Positions 13,301 to 25,300 of a DNA stretch of 64,000 nt are shown one piece after another. The notes under the pieces are model-generated. The model saw nothing but the letters and a program-made list of their open reading frames with translations, was not told the DNA's origin and made no database searches. Made by a program: the position numbers and the translations under genes. This stretch comes from Eledone cirrhosa (Eukaryota). The number at the start of each line of letters is the position of its first letter. Positions within the stretch are counted from its first letter, which is position 1. Location: contig OZ024744.1 in assembly GCA_964016885.1 (NCBI GenBank), forward strand, positions 30,256,001-30,320,000, read 5' to 3'.

Positions 13301-16300
13301 GTAGTAGCTGTAGTAGAGACAGTGACAGTAGTAGCTGTAGTAGAGACAGAGACAGTAGTAGCTGTAGTAGAGACAGTAGTAGCTGTAGTAGAGACAGTAG
13401 TAGCTGTAGTAGAGACAGTGACAGCAGTAGCTGTAGTAGAGACAGTGACAGTAGTAGCTGTAGTAGAGACAGTGACAGTAGTAGCTGTAGTAGAGACAGT
13501 AGTAGCTGTAGTAGAGACAGTGACAGTAGTAGCTGTAGTAGAGACAGTGACAGTAGTAGCTGTAGTAGAGACAGTAGTAGCTGTAGTAGAGACAGTGACA
13601 GCAGTAGCTGTAGTAGAGACAGTTGCAGTAGTAGCTGTAGTAGAGACAGTAGTAGCTGTAGTAGAGACAGTAGTAGCTGTAGTAGAGACAGTGACAGTAG
13701 TAGTTGTAGTAGAGACAGTGACAGTAGTAGCTGTAGTAGAGACAGTTGCAGTAGTAGCTGTAGTAGAGACAGTAATAGCTGTAGTAGAGACAGTAGTAGC
13801 TGTAGTAGAGACAGTGACAGTAGTAGCTGTAGTAGAGACAGTGACAGTAGTAGCTGTATTTAAGACAGTGACAGTAGTAGCTGTAGCAGAGACAGTAGTA
13901 GCTGTAGTAGAGACAGTGACAGTAGTAGCTGTAGTAGAGACAGTGACAGTATAGCTGTAGTAGAGACAGTAGTAGCTGTAGTAGAGACAGTAGTAGCTGT
14001 AGTAGAGACAGTAGTAGCTGTAGTAGAGACAGTAGTAGCTGTAGTAGAGACAGTAGTAGCTGTAGTAGAGACAGTGGCAGTAGTAGCTGTAGTAGAGACA
14101 GTGGCAGTAGTAGCTGTAGTAGAGACAGAGACAGTAGTAGCTGTAGTAGAGACAGTGACAGTAGTAGCTGTAGTAGAGACAGTGACAGTAGTAGCTGTAG
14201 TAGAGACAGTGGCAGTAGTAGCTGTAGTAGAGACAGTGACAGTAGTAGCTGTAGTAGAGACAGTAGTAGCTGTAGTAGAGACAGTGACAGTAGTAGCTGT
14301 AGTAGAGACAGTAGTAGCTGTAGTAGAGACAGTGACAGTAGTAGCTGTAGTAGAGACAGTAGTAGCTGTAGTAGAGACAGTGACAGTAGTAGGCTGTAGT
14401 AGAGACAGTGGCAGTAGTAGCTGTAGTAGAGACAGTGACAGTAGTAGCTGTAGTAGAGACAGTAGTAGCTGTAGTAGAGACAGTGACAGTAGTAGCTGTA
14501 GTAGAGACAGTAGTAGCTGTAGTAGAGACAGTAGTAGCTGTAGTAGAGACAGTGACAGTAGTAGCTGTAGTAGAGACAGTGGCAGTAGTAGCTGTAGTAG
14601 AGACAGTGACAGTAGTAGCTGTAGTAGAGACAGTGACAGTAGTAGCTGTAGTAGAGACAGTGACGGTAGTAGCTGTAGTAGAGACAGTGACAGTAGTAGC
14701 TGTAGTAGAGACAGTAGTAGCTGTAGTAGAGACAGTGACAGTAGTAGCTGTAGTAGAGACAGTAGTAGCTGTAGTAGAGACAGTGACAGTAGTAGCTGTA
14801 GTAGAGACAGTAGTAGCTGTAGTAGAGACAGTTGACAGTAGTAGCTGTAGTAGAGACAGTGACAGTAGTAGCTGTAGTAGAGACAGTAGTAGCTGTAGTA
14901 GAGACAGTGGCAGTAGTAGCTGTAGTAGAGACAGTGACAGTAGTAGCTGTAGTAGAGACAGTAGTAGCTGTAGTAGAGACAGTGACAGTAGTAGCTGTAG
15001 TAGAGACAGTGACAGTAGTAGCTGTAGTAGAGACAGTGACAGTAGTAGCTGTAGTAGAGACAGTAGTAGCTGTAGTAGAGACAGTAGTAGCTGTAGTAGA
15101 GACAGTGACAGTAGTAGCTGTAGTAGAGACAGTGACAGTAGTAGCTGTAGTAGAGACAGTGACAGTAGTAGCTGTAGTAGAGACAGTGACAGTAGTAGCT
15201 GTAGTAGAGACAGTAGTAGCTGTAGTAGAGACAGAGACAGTAGTAGCTGTAGTAGAGACAGTAGTAGCTGTAGTAGAGACAGTGGACAGTAGTAGCTGTA
15301 GTAGAGACAGTGACAGTAGTAGCTGTAGTAGAGACAGTAGTAGCTGTAGTAGAGACAGTGGCAGTAGTAGCTGTAGCAGAGACAGTGACAGTAGTAGCTG
15401 TAGTAGAGACAGTGAGTAGCTGTAGTAGAGACAGTAGTAGCTGTAGTAGAGACAGAGACAGTAGTAGCTGTAGTAGAGACAGTAGTAGCTGTAGTAGAGA
15501 CAGTGACAGTAGTAGCTGTAGCAGAGACAGTGACAGTAGTAGCTGTAGTAGAGACAGTAGTAGCTGTAGTAGAGACAGAGACAGTAGTAGCTGTAGTAGA
15601 GACAGTGGACAGTAGTAGCTGTAGTAGAGACAGTGACAGTAGTAGCTGTAGTAGAGACAGTGACAGTAGTAGCTGTAGTAGTGACAGTGACAGTAGTAGC
15701 TGTAGTAGAGACAGTAGTAGCTGTAGTAGAGAAAGTGCAGTAGTAGCTGTAGTAGAGACAGTGACAGTAGTAGCTGTAGTAGAGACAGTGACAGTAGTAG
15801 CTGTAGTAGAGACAGTGACAGTAGTAGCTGTAGTAGAGACAGTGACAGTAGTAGCTGTAGTAGAGACAGTAGTAGCTGTAGTAGACAGAGACAGTAGTAG
15901 CTGTAGTAGAGACAGTAGTAGCTGTAGTAGAGACAGTGACAGTAGTAGCTGTAGCAGAGACAGTAGTAGCTGTAGTAGAGACAGTGACAGTAGTAGCTGT
16001 AGTAGAGACAGTGACAGTAGTAGCTGTAGTAGAGACAGTGACAGTAGTAGCTGTAGTAGAGACAGTGACAGTAGTAGCTGTAGTAGAGACAGTGACAGTA
16101 GTAGCTGTAGTAGAGACAGTAGTAGCTGTAGTAGAGACAGTAGTAGCTGTAGCAGAGGACAGTAGTAGCTGTAGTAGAGACAGTGACAGTAGTAGCTGTA
16201 GTAGTGACAGTGACAGTAGTAGCTGTAGCAGAGACAGTAGTAGCTGTAGTAGAGACAGTGACAGTAGTAGCTGTAGTAGAGACAGTGGCAGTAGTAGCTG

Positions 16301-19300
16301 TAGTAGAGACAGTGACAGTAGTAGCTGTAGTAGAGACAGTGACAGTAGTAGCTGTAGTAGAGAGACAGTAGTAGCTGTAGTAGAGACAGTGACAGTAGTA
16401 GCTGTAGCAGAGACAGTAGTAGCTGTAGTAGAGACAGTGACAGTAGTAGCTGTAGTAGAGACAGTGACAGTAGTAGCTGTAGTAGTGACAGTGACAGTAG
16501 TAGCTGTAGTAGAGACAGTAGTAGCTGTAGTAGAGACAGTGACAGTAGTAGCTGTAGTAGAGACAGTGACAGTAGTAGCTGTAGTAGAGACAGTAGTAGC
16601 TGTAGTAGAGACAGTGCACTAGTAGCTGTAGTAGAGACAGTGGCAGTAGTAGCTGTAGTAGAGACAGTGACAGCAGTAGCTGTAGTAGAGACAGTGACAG
16701 TAGTAGCTGTAGTAGAGACAGTGACAGTAGTAGCTGTAGTAGAGACAGTGGCAGTAGTAGCTGTAGTAGAGACAGTAGTAGCTGTAGTAGAGACAGTGAC
16801 AGTAGTAGCTGTAGTAGAGACAGTGACAGTAGTAGCTGTAGTAGAGACAGAGACAGTAGTAGCTGTAGTAGAGACAGTAGTAGCTGTAGTAGAGACAGTG
16901 ACAGTAGTAGCTGTAGTAGAGACAGTAGTAGCTGTAGTAGAGACAGTGACAGTAGTAGCTGTAGTAGAGACAGTAGTAGCTGTAGTAGAGACAGAGACAG
17001 TAGTAGCTGTAGTAGAGACAGTAGTAGCTGTAGTAGAGACAGTGACAGTAGTAGCTGTAGTAGAGACAGTAGTAGCTGTAGTAGAGACAGTGACAGTAGT
17101 AGTTGTAGTAGAGACAGTGACAGTAGTAGCTGTAGTAGAGACAGTAACAGTAGTAGCTGTAGTAGAGACAGTAGTAGCTGTAGTAGAGACAGTAGTAGCT
17201 GTAGTAGAGACAGTGACAGTAGTAGCTGTAGTAGAGACAGTGGCAGTAGTAGCTGTAGTAGAGACAGTAGTAGCTGTAGTAGAGACAGTAGTAGCTGTAG
17301 TAGAGACAGTGACAGTAGTAGCTGTAGTAGAGACAGTGGCAGTAGTAGCTGTAGTAGAGACAGTAGTAGCTGTAGTAGAGACAGTAGTAGCTGTAGTAGA
17401 GACAGTGACAGTAGTAGCTGTAGTAGAGACAGTGGCAGTAGTAGCTGTAGTAGAGACAGTAGTAGCTGTAGTAGAGACAGTAGTAGCTGTAGTAGAGACA
17501 GTGGCAGTAGTAGCTGTAGTAGAGACAGTAGTAGCTGTAGTAGAGACAGTGACAGTAGTAGTTGTATTAGAGACAGTAGTAGCTGTAGTAGAGACAGTAG
17601 TAGCTGTAGTAGAGACAGTGACAGTAGTAGCTGTAGCAGAGACAGTAGTAGCTGTAGTAGAGACAGTAGTAGCTGTAGTAGAGACAGTGACAGTAGTAGC
17701 TGTAGTAGAGACAGTGGCAGTAGTAGCTGTAGCAGAGACAGTAGTAGCTGTAGTAGAGACAGTGACAGTAGTAGCTGTAGTAGAGACAGTAGTAGCTGTA
17801 GTAGAGACAGTAGTAGCTGTAGTAGAGACAGTGACAGTAGTAGCTGTAGTAGAGACAGTAGTAGCTGTAGTAGAGACAGTAGTAGCTGTAGTAGAGACAG
17901 AGACAGTAGTAGCTGTAGTAGAGACAGTGACAGTAGTAGCTGTAGTAGAGACAGTAGTAGCTGTAGTAGAGACAGTAGCAGTAGTAGCTGTAGTAGAGAC
18001 AGTAGTAGCTGTAGTAGAGACAGTAGTAGCTGTAGTAGAGACAGTGACAGTAGTAGCTGTAGTAGAGACAGTAGTAGCTGTAGCAGAGACAGTAGTAGCT
18101 GTAGCAGAGACAGTGACAGTAGTAGCTGTAGTAGAGACAGTGACAGTAGTAGCTGTAGTAGAGACAGTAGTAGCTGTAGTAGAGACAGTAGTAGCTGTAG
18201 TAGAGACAGTAGCAGTAGTAGCTGTAGTAGAGACAGTAGTAGCTGTAGTAGAGACAGTAGTAGCTGTAGTAGAGACAGTGACAGTAGTAGCTGTAGTAGA
18301 GACAGTGACAGTAGTAGCTGTAGTAGAGACAGTGACAGTAGTAGCTGTAGTAGAGACAGTAGTAGCTGTAGTAGAGACAGTAGTAGCTGTAGTAGAGACA
18401 GTGGCAGTAGTAGCTGTAGTAGAGAGAGTGACAGTAGTAGCTGTAGTAGAGACAGTGGCAGTAGTAGCTGTAGTAGAGACAGTGACAGTAGTAGCTGTAG
18501 AAGAGACAGTAGTAGCTGTAGTAGAGACAGTGACAGTAGTAGCTGTAGTAGAGACAGTGACAGTAGTAGCTGTAGTAGAGACAGTAGTAGCTGTAGTAGA
18601 GACAGTAGTAGCTGTAGTAGAGACAGTAGCAGTAGTAGCTGTAGTAGAGACAGTAGTAGCTGTAGTAGAGACAGTAGTAGCTGTAGTAGAGACAGTGACA
18701 GTAGTAGCTGTAGTAGAGACAGTAGTAGCTGTAGTAGAGACAGTGACAGTAGTAGCTGTAGTAGAGACAGTGACAGTAGTAGCTGTAGTAGAGACAGTAG
18801 TAGCTGTAGTAGAGACAGTGACAGTAGTAGCTGTAGTAGAGACAGTGACAGTAGTAGCTGTAGTAGAGACAGTGACAGTAGTAGCTGTAGAAGAGACAGT
18901 AGTAGCTGTAGTAGAGACAGTAGTAGCTGTAGTAGAGACAGTGACAGTAGTAGCTGTAGTAGAGACAGTGACAGTAGTAGCTGTAGTAGAGACAGTAGTA
19001 GCTGTAGTAGAGACAGTGACAGTAGTAGCTGTAGTAGAGACAGTGACAGTAGTAGCTGTAGTAGAGACAGTAGTAGCTGTAGTAGAGACAGTAGTAGCTG
19101 TAGTAGAGACAGTGGCAGTAGTAGCTGTAGTAGAGACAGTAGTAGCTGTAGTAGAGACAGTAGTAGCTGTAGTAGAGACAGTGACAGTAGTAGCTGTAGT
19201 AGAGACAGTAGTAGCTGTAGTAGAGACAGTGACAGTAGTAGCTGTAGTAGAGACAGTGACAGTAGTAGCTGTAGTAGAGACAGTGACAGTAGTAGCTGTA

Positions 19301-22300
19301 GTAGTGACAGTGACAGTAGTAGCTGTAGTAGAGACAGTAGTAGCTGTAGTAGAGACAGTGACAGTAGTAGCTGTAGTAGAGACAGTGGCAGTAGTAGCTG
19401 TAGTAGAGACAGTGGTAGCTGTAGTAGAGACAGTAGTAGCTGTAGTAGAGACAGTAGTAGCTGTAGTAGAGACAGTGACAGTAGTAGCTGTAGTAGAGAC
19501 AGTGACAGTAGTAGCTGTAGTAGAGACAGTAGTAGCTGTAGTAGAGACAGTGGCAGTAGTAGCTGTAGTAGAGACAGTGGCAGTAGTAGCTGTAGTAGAG
19601 ACAGTGACAGTAGTAGCTGTAGTAGAGACAGTAGTAGCTGTAGTAGAGACAGTAGTAGCTGTAGTAGAGACAGTAGTAGCTGTAGTAGAGACAGTAGTAG
19701 CTGTAGTAGAGACAGTGGCAGTAGTAGCTGTAGTAGAGACAGTGGCAGTAGTAGCTGTAGTAGAGACAGAGACAGTAGTAGCTGTAGTAGAGACAGTGAC
19801 AGTAGTAGCTGTAGTAGAGACAGTGGCAGTAGTAGCTGTAGTAGAGACAGTGGCAGTAGTAGCTGTAGTAGAGACAGTGGCAGTAGTAGCTGTAGTAGAG
19901 ACAGAGAGCAGTAGTAGCTGTAGTAGAGACAGTGACAGTAGTAGCTGTAGTAGAGACAGTGACAGTAGTAGCTGTAGTAGAGACAGTGACAGTAGTAGCT
20001 GTAGTAGAGACAGTGACAGTAGTAGCTGTAGTAGAGACAGTGGCAGTAGTAGCTGTAGTAGAGACAGTAGTAGCTGTAGTAGAGACAGTAGTAGCTGTAG
20101 TAGAGACAGTGACAGTAGTAGCTGTAGTAGAGACAGTGACAGTAGTAGCTGTAGTAGAGACATGACAGTAGTAGCTGTAGTAGAGACAGTGGCAGTAGTA
20201 GCTGTAGTAGAGACAGTAGTAGCTGTAGTAGAGACAGTAGTAGCTGTAGTAGAGACAGTGACAGTAGTAGCTGTAGTAGAGACAGTGGCAGTAGTAGCTG
20301 TAGTAGAGACAGTGACAGCAGTAGCTGTAGTAGAGACAGTGACAGTAGTAGCTGTAGTAGAGACAGTGGCAGTAGTAGCTGTAGTAGAGACAGTGGCAGT
20401 AGTAGCTGTAGTAGAGACAGAGACAGTAGTAGCTGTAGTAGAGACAGTGACAGTAGTAGCTGTAGTAGAGACAGTGACAGTAGTAGCTGTAGTAGAGACA
20501 GTGACAGTAGTAGCTGTAGTAGAGACAGTGACAGTAGTAGCTGTAGTAGAGACAGTGGCAGTAGTAGCTGTAGTAGAGACAGTAGTAGCTGTAGTAGAGA
20601 CAGTAGTAGCTGTAGTAGAGACAGTGACAGTAGTAGCTGTAGTAGAGACAGTGGCAGTAGTAGCTGTAGTAGAGACAGAGACAGTAGTAGCTGTAGTAGA
20701 GACAGTGACAGTAGTAGCTGTAGTAGAGACAGTGACAGTAGTAGCTGTAGTAGAGACAGTGACAGTAGTAGCTGTAGTAGAGACAGTGACAGTAGTAGCT
20801 GTAGTAGAGACAGTGGCAGTAGTAGCTGTAGTAGAGACAGTAGTAGCTGTAGTAGAGACAGTAGTAGCTGTAGTAGAGACAGTGACAGTAGTAGCTGTAG
20901 TAGAGACAGTGACAGTAGTAGCTGTAGTAGAGACAGTGGCAGTAGTAGCTGTAGTAGAGACAGTGACAGTAGTAGCTGTAGTAGAGACAGTGGTAGCTGT
21001 AGTAGAGACAGTAGTAGCTGTAGTAGAGACAGTGACAGTAGTAGCTGTAGTAGAGACAGTAGTAGCTGTAGTAGAGACAGTAGTAGCTGTAGTAGAGACA
21101 GTAGTAGCTGTAGTTAAGACAGTGACAGTAGTAGCTGTAGTAGAGACAGTGAGTAGCTGTAGTAGAGACAGTAGTAGCTGTAGTAGAGACAGTGACAGTA
21201 GTAGCTGTAGTAGAGACAGTAGTAGCTGTAGTTAAGACAGTGACAGTAGTAGCTGTAGTAGAGACAGTAGTAGCTGTAGTAGAGACAGTAGTAGCTGTAG
21301 TAGAGACAGTGACAGTAGTAGCTGTAGTAGAGACAGTAGTAGCTGTAGTAGAGACAGTGACAGTAGTAGCTGTAGTAGAGACAGTGACAGTAGTAGCTGT
21401 AGTAGAGACAGTGACAGTAGTAGCTGTAGTAGAGACAGTAGTAGCTGTAGTAGAGACAGTAGTAGCTGTAGTAGAGACAGTGACAGTAGTAGCTGTAGTA
21501 GAGACAGTGACAGTAGTAGCTGTAGTAGAGACAGTAGTAGCTGTAGTAGAGACAGTGACAGTAGTAGCTGTAGTAGAGACAGTGACAGTAGTAGCTGTAG
21601 TAGAGACAGTGGCAGTAGTAGCTGTAGTAGAGACAGTAGTAGCTGTAGTAGAGACAGTGACAGTAGTAGCTGTAGTAGAGACAGTGACAGTAGTAGCTGT
21701 AGTAGAGACAGTAGTAGCTGTAGTAGAGACAGTGACAGTAGTAGCTGTAGTAGAGACAGTGACAGTAGTAGCTGTAGTAGAGACAGTAGTAGCTGTAGTA
21801 GAGACAGTGACAGTAGTAGCTGTAGTAGAGACAGTGACAGTAGTAGCTGTAGTAGAGACAGTGGCAGTAGTAGCTGTAGTAGAGACAGTAGTAGCTGTAG
21901 TAGAGACAGTAGTAGCTGTAGTAGAGACAGAGACAGTAGTAGCTGTAGTAGAGACAGTAGTAGCTGTAGTAGAGACAGTGACAGTAGTAGCTGTAGTAGA
22001 GACAGTAGTAGCTGTAGTAGAGACAGTGGCAGTAGTAGCTGTAGTAGAGACAGTAGTAGCTGTAGTAGAGACAGTAGTAGCTGTAGTAGAGACAGTGACA
22101 GTAGTAGCTGTAGTAGAGACAGTGACAGTAGTAGCTGTAGCAGAGACAGTGACAGTAGTAGCTGTAGTAGAGACAGTGACAGTAGTAGCTGTAGTAGAGA
22201 CAGTAGTAGCTGTAGTAGAGACAGTGACAGTAGTAGCTGTAGTAGAGACAGTAGTAGCTGTAGTAGAGACAGAGACAGTAGTAGCTGTAGTAGAGACAGT

Positions 22301-25300
22301 AGTAGCTGTAGTAGAGACAGTAGTAGCTGTAGTAGAGACAGTGGCAGTAGTAGCTGTAGTAGAGACAGTGACAGTAGTAGCTGTAGCAGAGACAGTAGTA
22401 GCTGTAGTAGAGACAGTGACAGTAGTAGCTGTAGTAGAGACAGTGACAGTAGTAGCTGTAGTAGAGACAGTAGTAGCTGTAGTAGAGACAGTGACAGTAG
22501 TAGCTGTAGTAGAGACAGTGACAGTAGTAGCTGTAGTAGAGACAGTGACAGTAGTAGCTGTAGTAGAGACAGTAGTAGCTGTAGTAGAGACAGTAGTAGC
22601 TGTAGTAGAGACAGTAGTAGCTGTAGTAGAGACAGTGACAGTAGTAGCTGTAGTAGAGACAGTAGTAGCTGTAGTAGAGACAGTAGTAGCTGTAGTAGAG
22701 ACAGTGACAGTAGTAGCTGTAGTAGAGACAGTGACAGTAGTAGCTGTAGTAGAGACAGTAGTAGCTGTAGTAGAGACAGTAGTAGCTGTAGTAGAGACAG
22801 TGACAGTAGTAGCTGTAGTAGAGACAGTAGTAGCTGTAGTAGAGACAGTGACAGTAGTAGCTGTAGTAGAGACAGTGACAGTAGTAGCTGTAGTAGAGAC
22901 AGTGGCAGTAGTAGCTGTAGCAGAGACAGTGACAGTAGTAGCTGTAGTAGAGACAGTAGTAGCTGTAGTAGAGACAGTGACAGTAGTAGCTGTAGTAGAG
23001 ACAGTGACAGTAGTAGCTGTAGTAGAGACAGTGGCAGTAGTAGCTGTAGCAGAGACAGTGACAGTAGTAGCTGTAGTAGAGACAGTAGTAGCTGTAGTAG
23101 TGACAGTGACAGTAGTAGCTGTAGTAGAGACAGTGGCAGTAGTAGCTGTAGTAGAGACAGTAGTAGCTGTAGTAGAGACAGTGGCAGTAGTAGCTGTAGT
23201 AGAGACAGTGACAGTAGTAGCTGTAGCAGAGACAGTAGTAGCTGTAGTAGAGACAGTAGTAGCTGTAGTAGAGACAGTAGTAGCTGTAGTAGAGACAGTA
23301 GTAGCTGTAGTAGAGACAGTGACAGTAGTAGCTGTAGTAGAGACAGTGACAGTAGTAGCTGTAGTAGAGACAGTGCAGTAGTAGCTGTAGTAGAGACAGT
23401 GGCAGTAGTAGCTGTAGTAGAGACAGTGGCAGTAGTAGCTGTAGTAGAGACAGTAGTAGCTGTAGTAGAGACAGAGACAGTAGTAGCTGTAGTAGAGACA
23501 GTGACAGTAGTAGCTGTAGTAGAGACAGTGACAGTAGTAGCTGTAGTAGAGACAGTAGTAGCTGTAGTAGAGACAGTAGTAGCTGTAGTAGAGACAGTGA
23601 CAGTAGTAGCTGTAGTAGAGACAGTGACAGTAGTAGCTGTAGTAGAGACAGTAGTAGCTGTAGTAGAGACAGTGACAGTAGTAGCTGTAGTAGAGACAGT
23701 AGTAGCTGTAGTAGAGACAGTGACAGTAGTAGCTGTAGTAGAGACAGTAGTAGCTGTAGTAGAGACAGAGACAGTAGTAGCTGTAGTAGAGACAGTAGTA
23801 GCTGTAGTAGAGACTGTAGTAGCTGTAGTAGAGACAGTAGTAGCTGTAGTAGTGACAGTGACAGTAGTAGCTGTAGTAGAGACAGTGACAGTAGTAGCTG
23901 TAGTAGAGACAGTGACAGTAGTAGCTGTAGTAGAGACAGTAGTAGCTGTAGTAGAGACAGTGACAGTAGTAGCTGTAGTAGAGACAGTAGTAGCTGTAGT
24001 AGAGACAGTGACAGTAGTAGCTGTAGTAGAGACAGTGACAGTAGTAGCTGTAGTAGAGACAGTGACAGTAGTAGCTGTAGTAGAGACAGTGGCAGTAGTA
24101 GCTGTAGTAGAGACAGTGACAGTAGTAGCTGTAGTAGAGACAGTAGTAGCTGTAGTAGAGACAGTGACAGTAGTAGCTGTAGTAGAGACAGTAGTAGCTG
24201 TAGTAGAGACAGTAGTAGCTGTAGTAGAGACAGTGACAGTAGTAGCTGTAGTAGAGACAGTGACAGTAGTAGCTGTAGTAGAGACAGTAGTAGCTGTAGT
24301 AGAGACAGTGACAGTAGTAGCTGTAGTAGAGACAGTAGTAGCTGTAGTAGAGACAGTAGTAGCTGTAGTAGAGACAGTGACAGTAGTAGCTGTAGTAGAG
24401 ACAGTGACAGTAGTAGCTGTAGTAGAGACAGTAGTAGCTGTAGTAGAGACAGTAGTAGCTGTAGTAGAGACAGTAGTAGCTGTAGTAGAGACAGTGACAG
24501 TAGTAGCTGTAGTAGAGACAGTGACAGTAGTAGCTGTAGTAGAGACAGTAGTAGCTGTAGTAGAGACAGTAGTAGCTGTAGTAGAGACAGTGACAGTAGT
24601 AGCTGTAGTAGAGACAGTGACAGTAGTAGCTGTAGTAGAGACAGTAGTAGCTGTAGTAGAGACAGTAGTAGCTGTAGTAGAGACAGTGACAGTAGTAGCT
24701 GTAGTAGAGACAGTGACAGTAGTAGCTGTAGTAGAGACAGTAGTAGCTGTAGTAGAGACAGTGACAGTAGTAGCTGTAGTAGAGACAGTAGTAGCTGTAG
24801 TAGAGACAGTAGTAGCTGTAGTAGAGACAGTAGTAGCTGTAGTAGAGACAGTGACAGTAGTAGCTGTAGTAGAGACAGTGACAGTAGTAGCTGTAGTAGA
24901 GACAGTGACAGTAGTAGCTGTAGTAGAGACAGTGACAGTAGTAGCTGTAGTAGAGACAGTAGTAGCTGTAGTAGAGACAGTAGTAGCTGTAGTAGAGACA
25001 GTAGTAGCTGTAGTAGAGACAGTGACAGTAGTAGCTGTAGTAGAGGCAGTGACAGTAGTAGCTGTAGTAGAGACAGTAGTAGCTGTAGTAGAGACAGTAG
25101 TAGCTGTAGTAGAGACAGTGGCAGTAGTAGCTGTAGCAGAGACAGTGACAGTAGTAGCTGTAGTAGAGACAGTAGTAGCTGTAGCAGAGACAGTGACAGT
25201 AGTAGCTGTAGTAGAGACAGTAGTAGCTGTAGTAGAGACAGTAGTAGCTGTAGCAGAGACAGTGACAGTAGTAGCTGTAGTAGAGACAGTAGTAGCTGTA

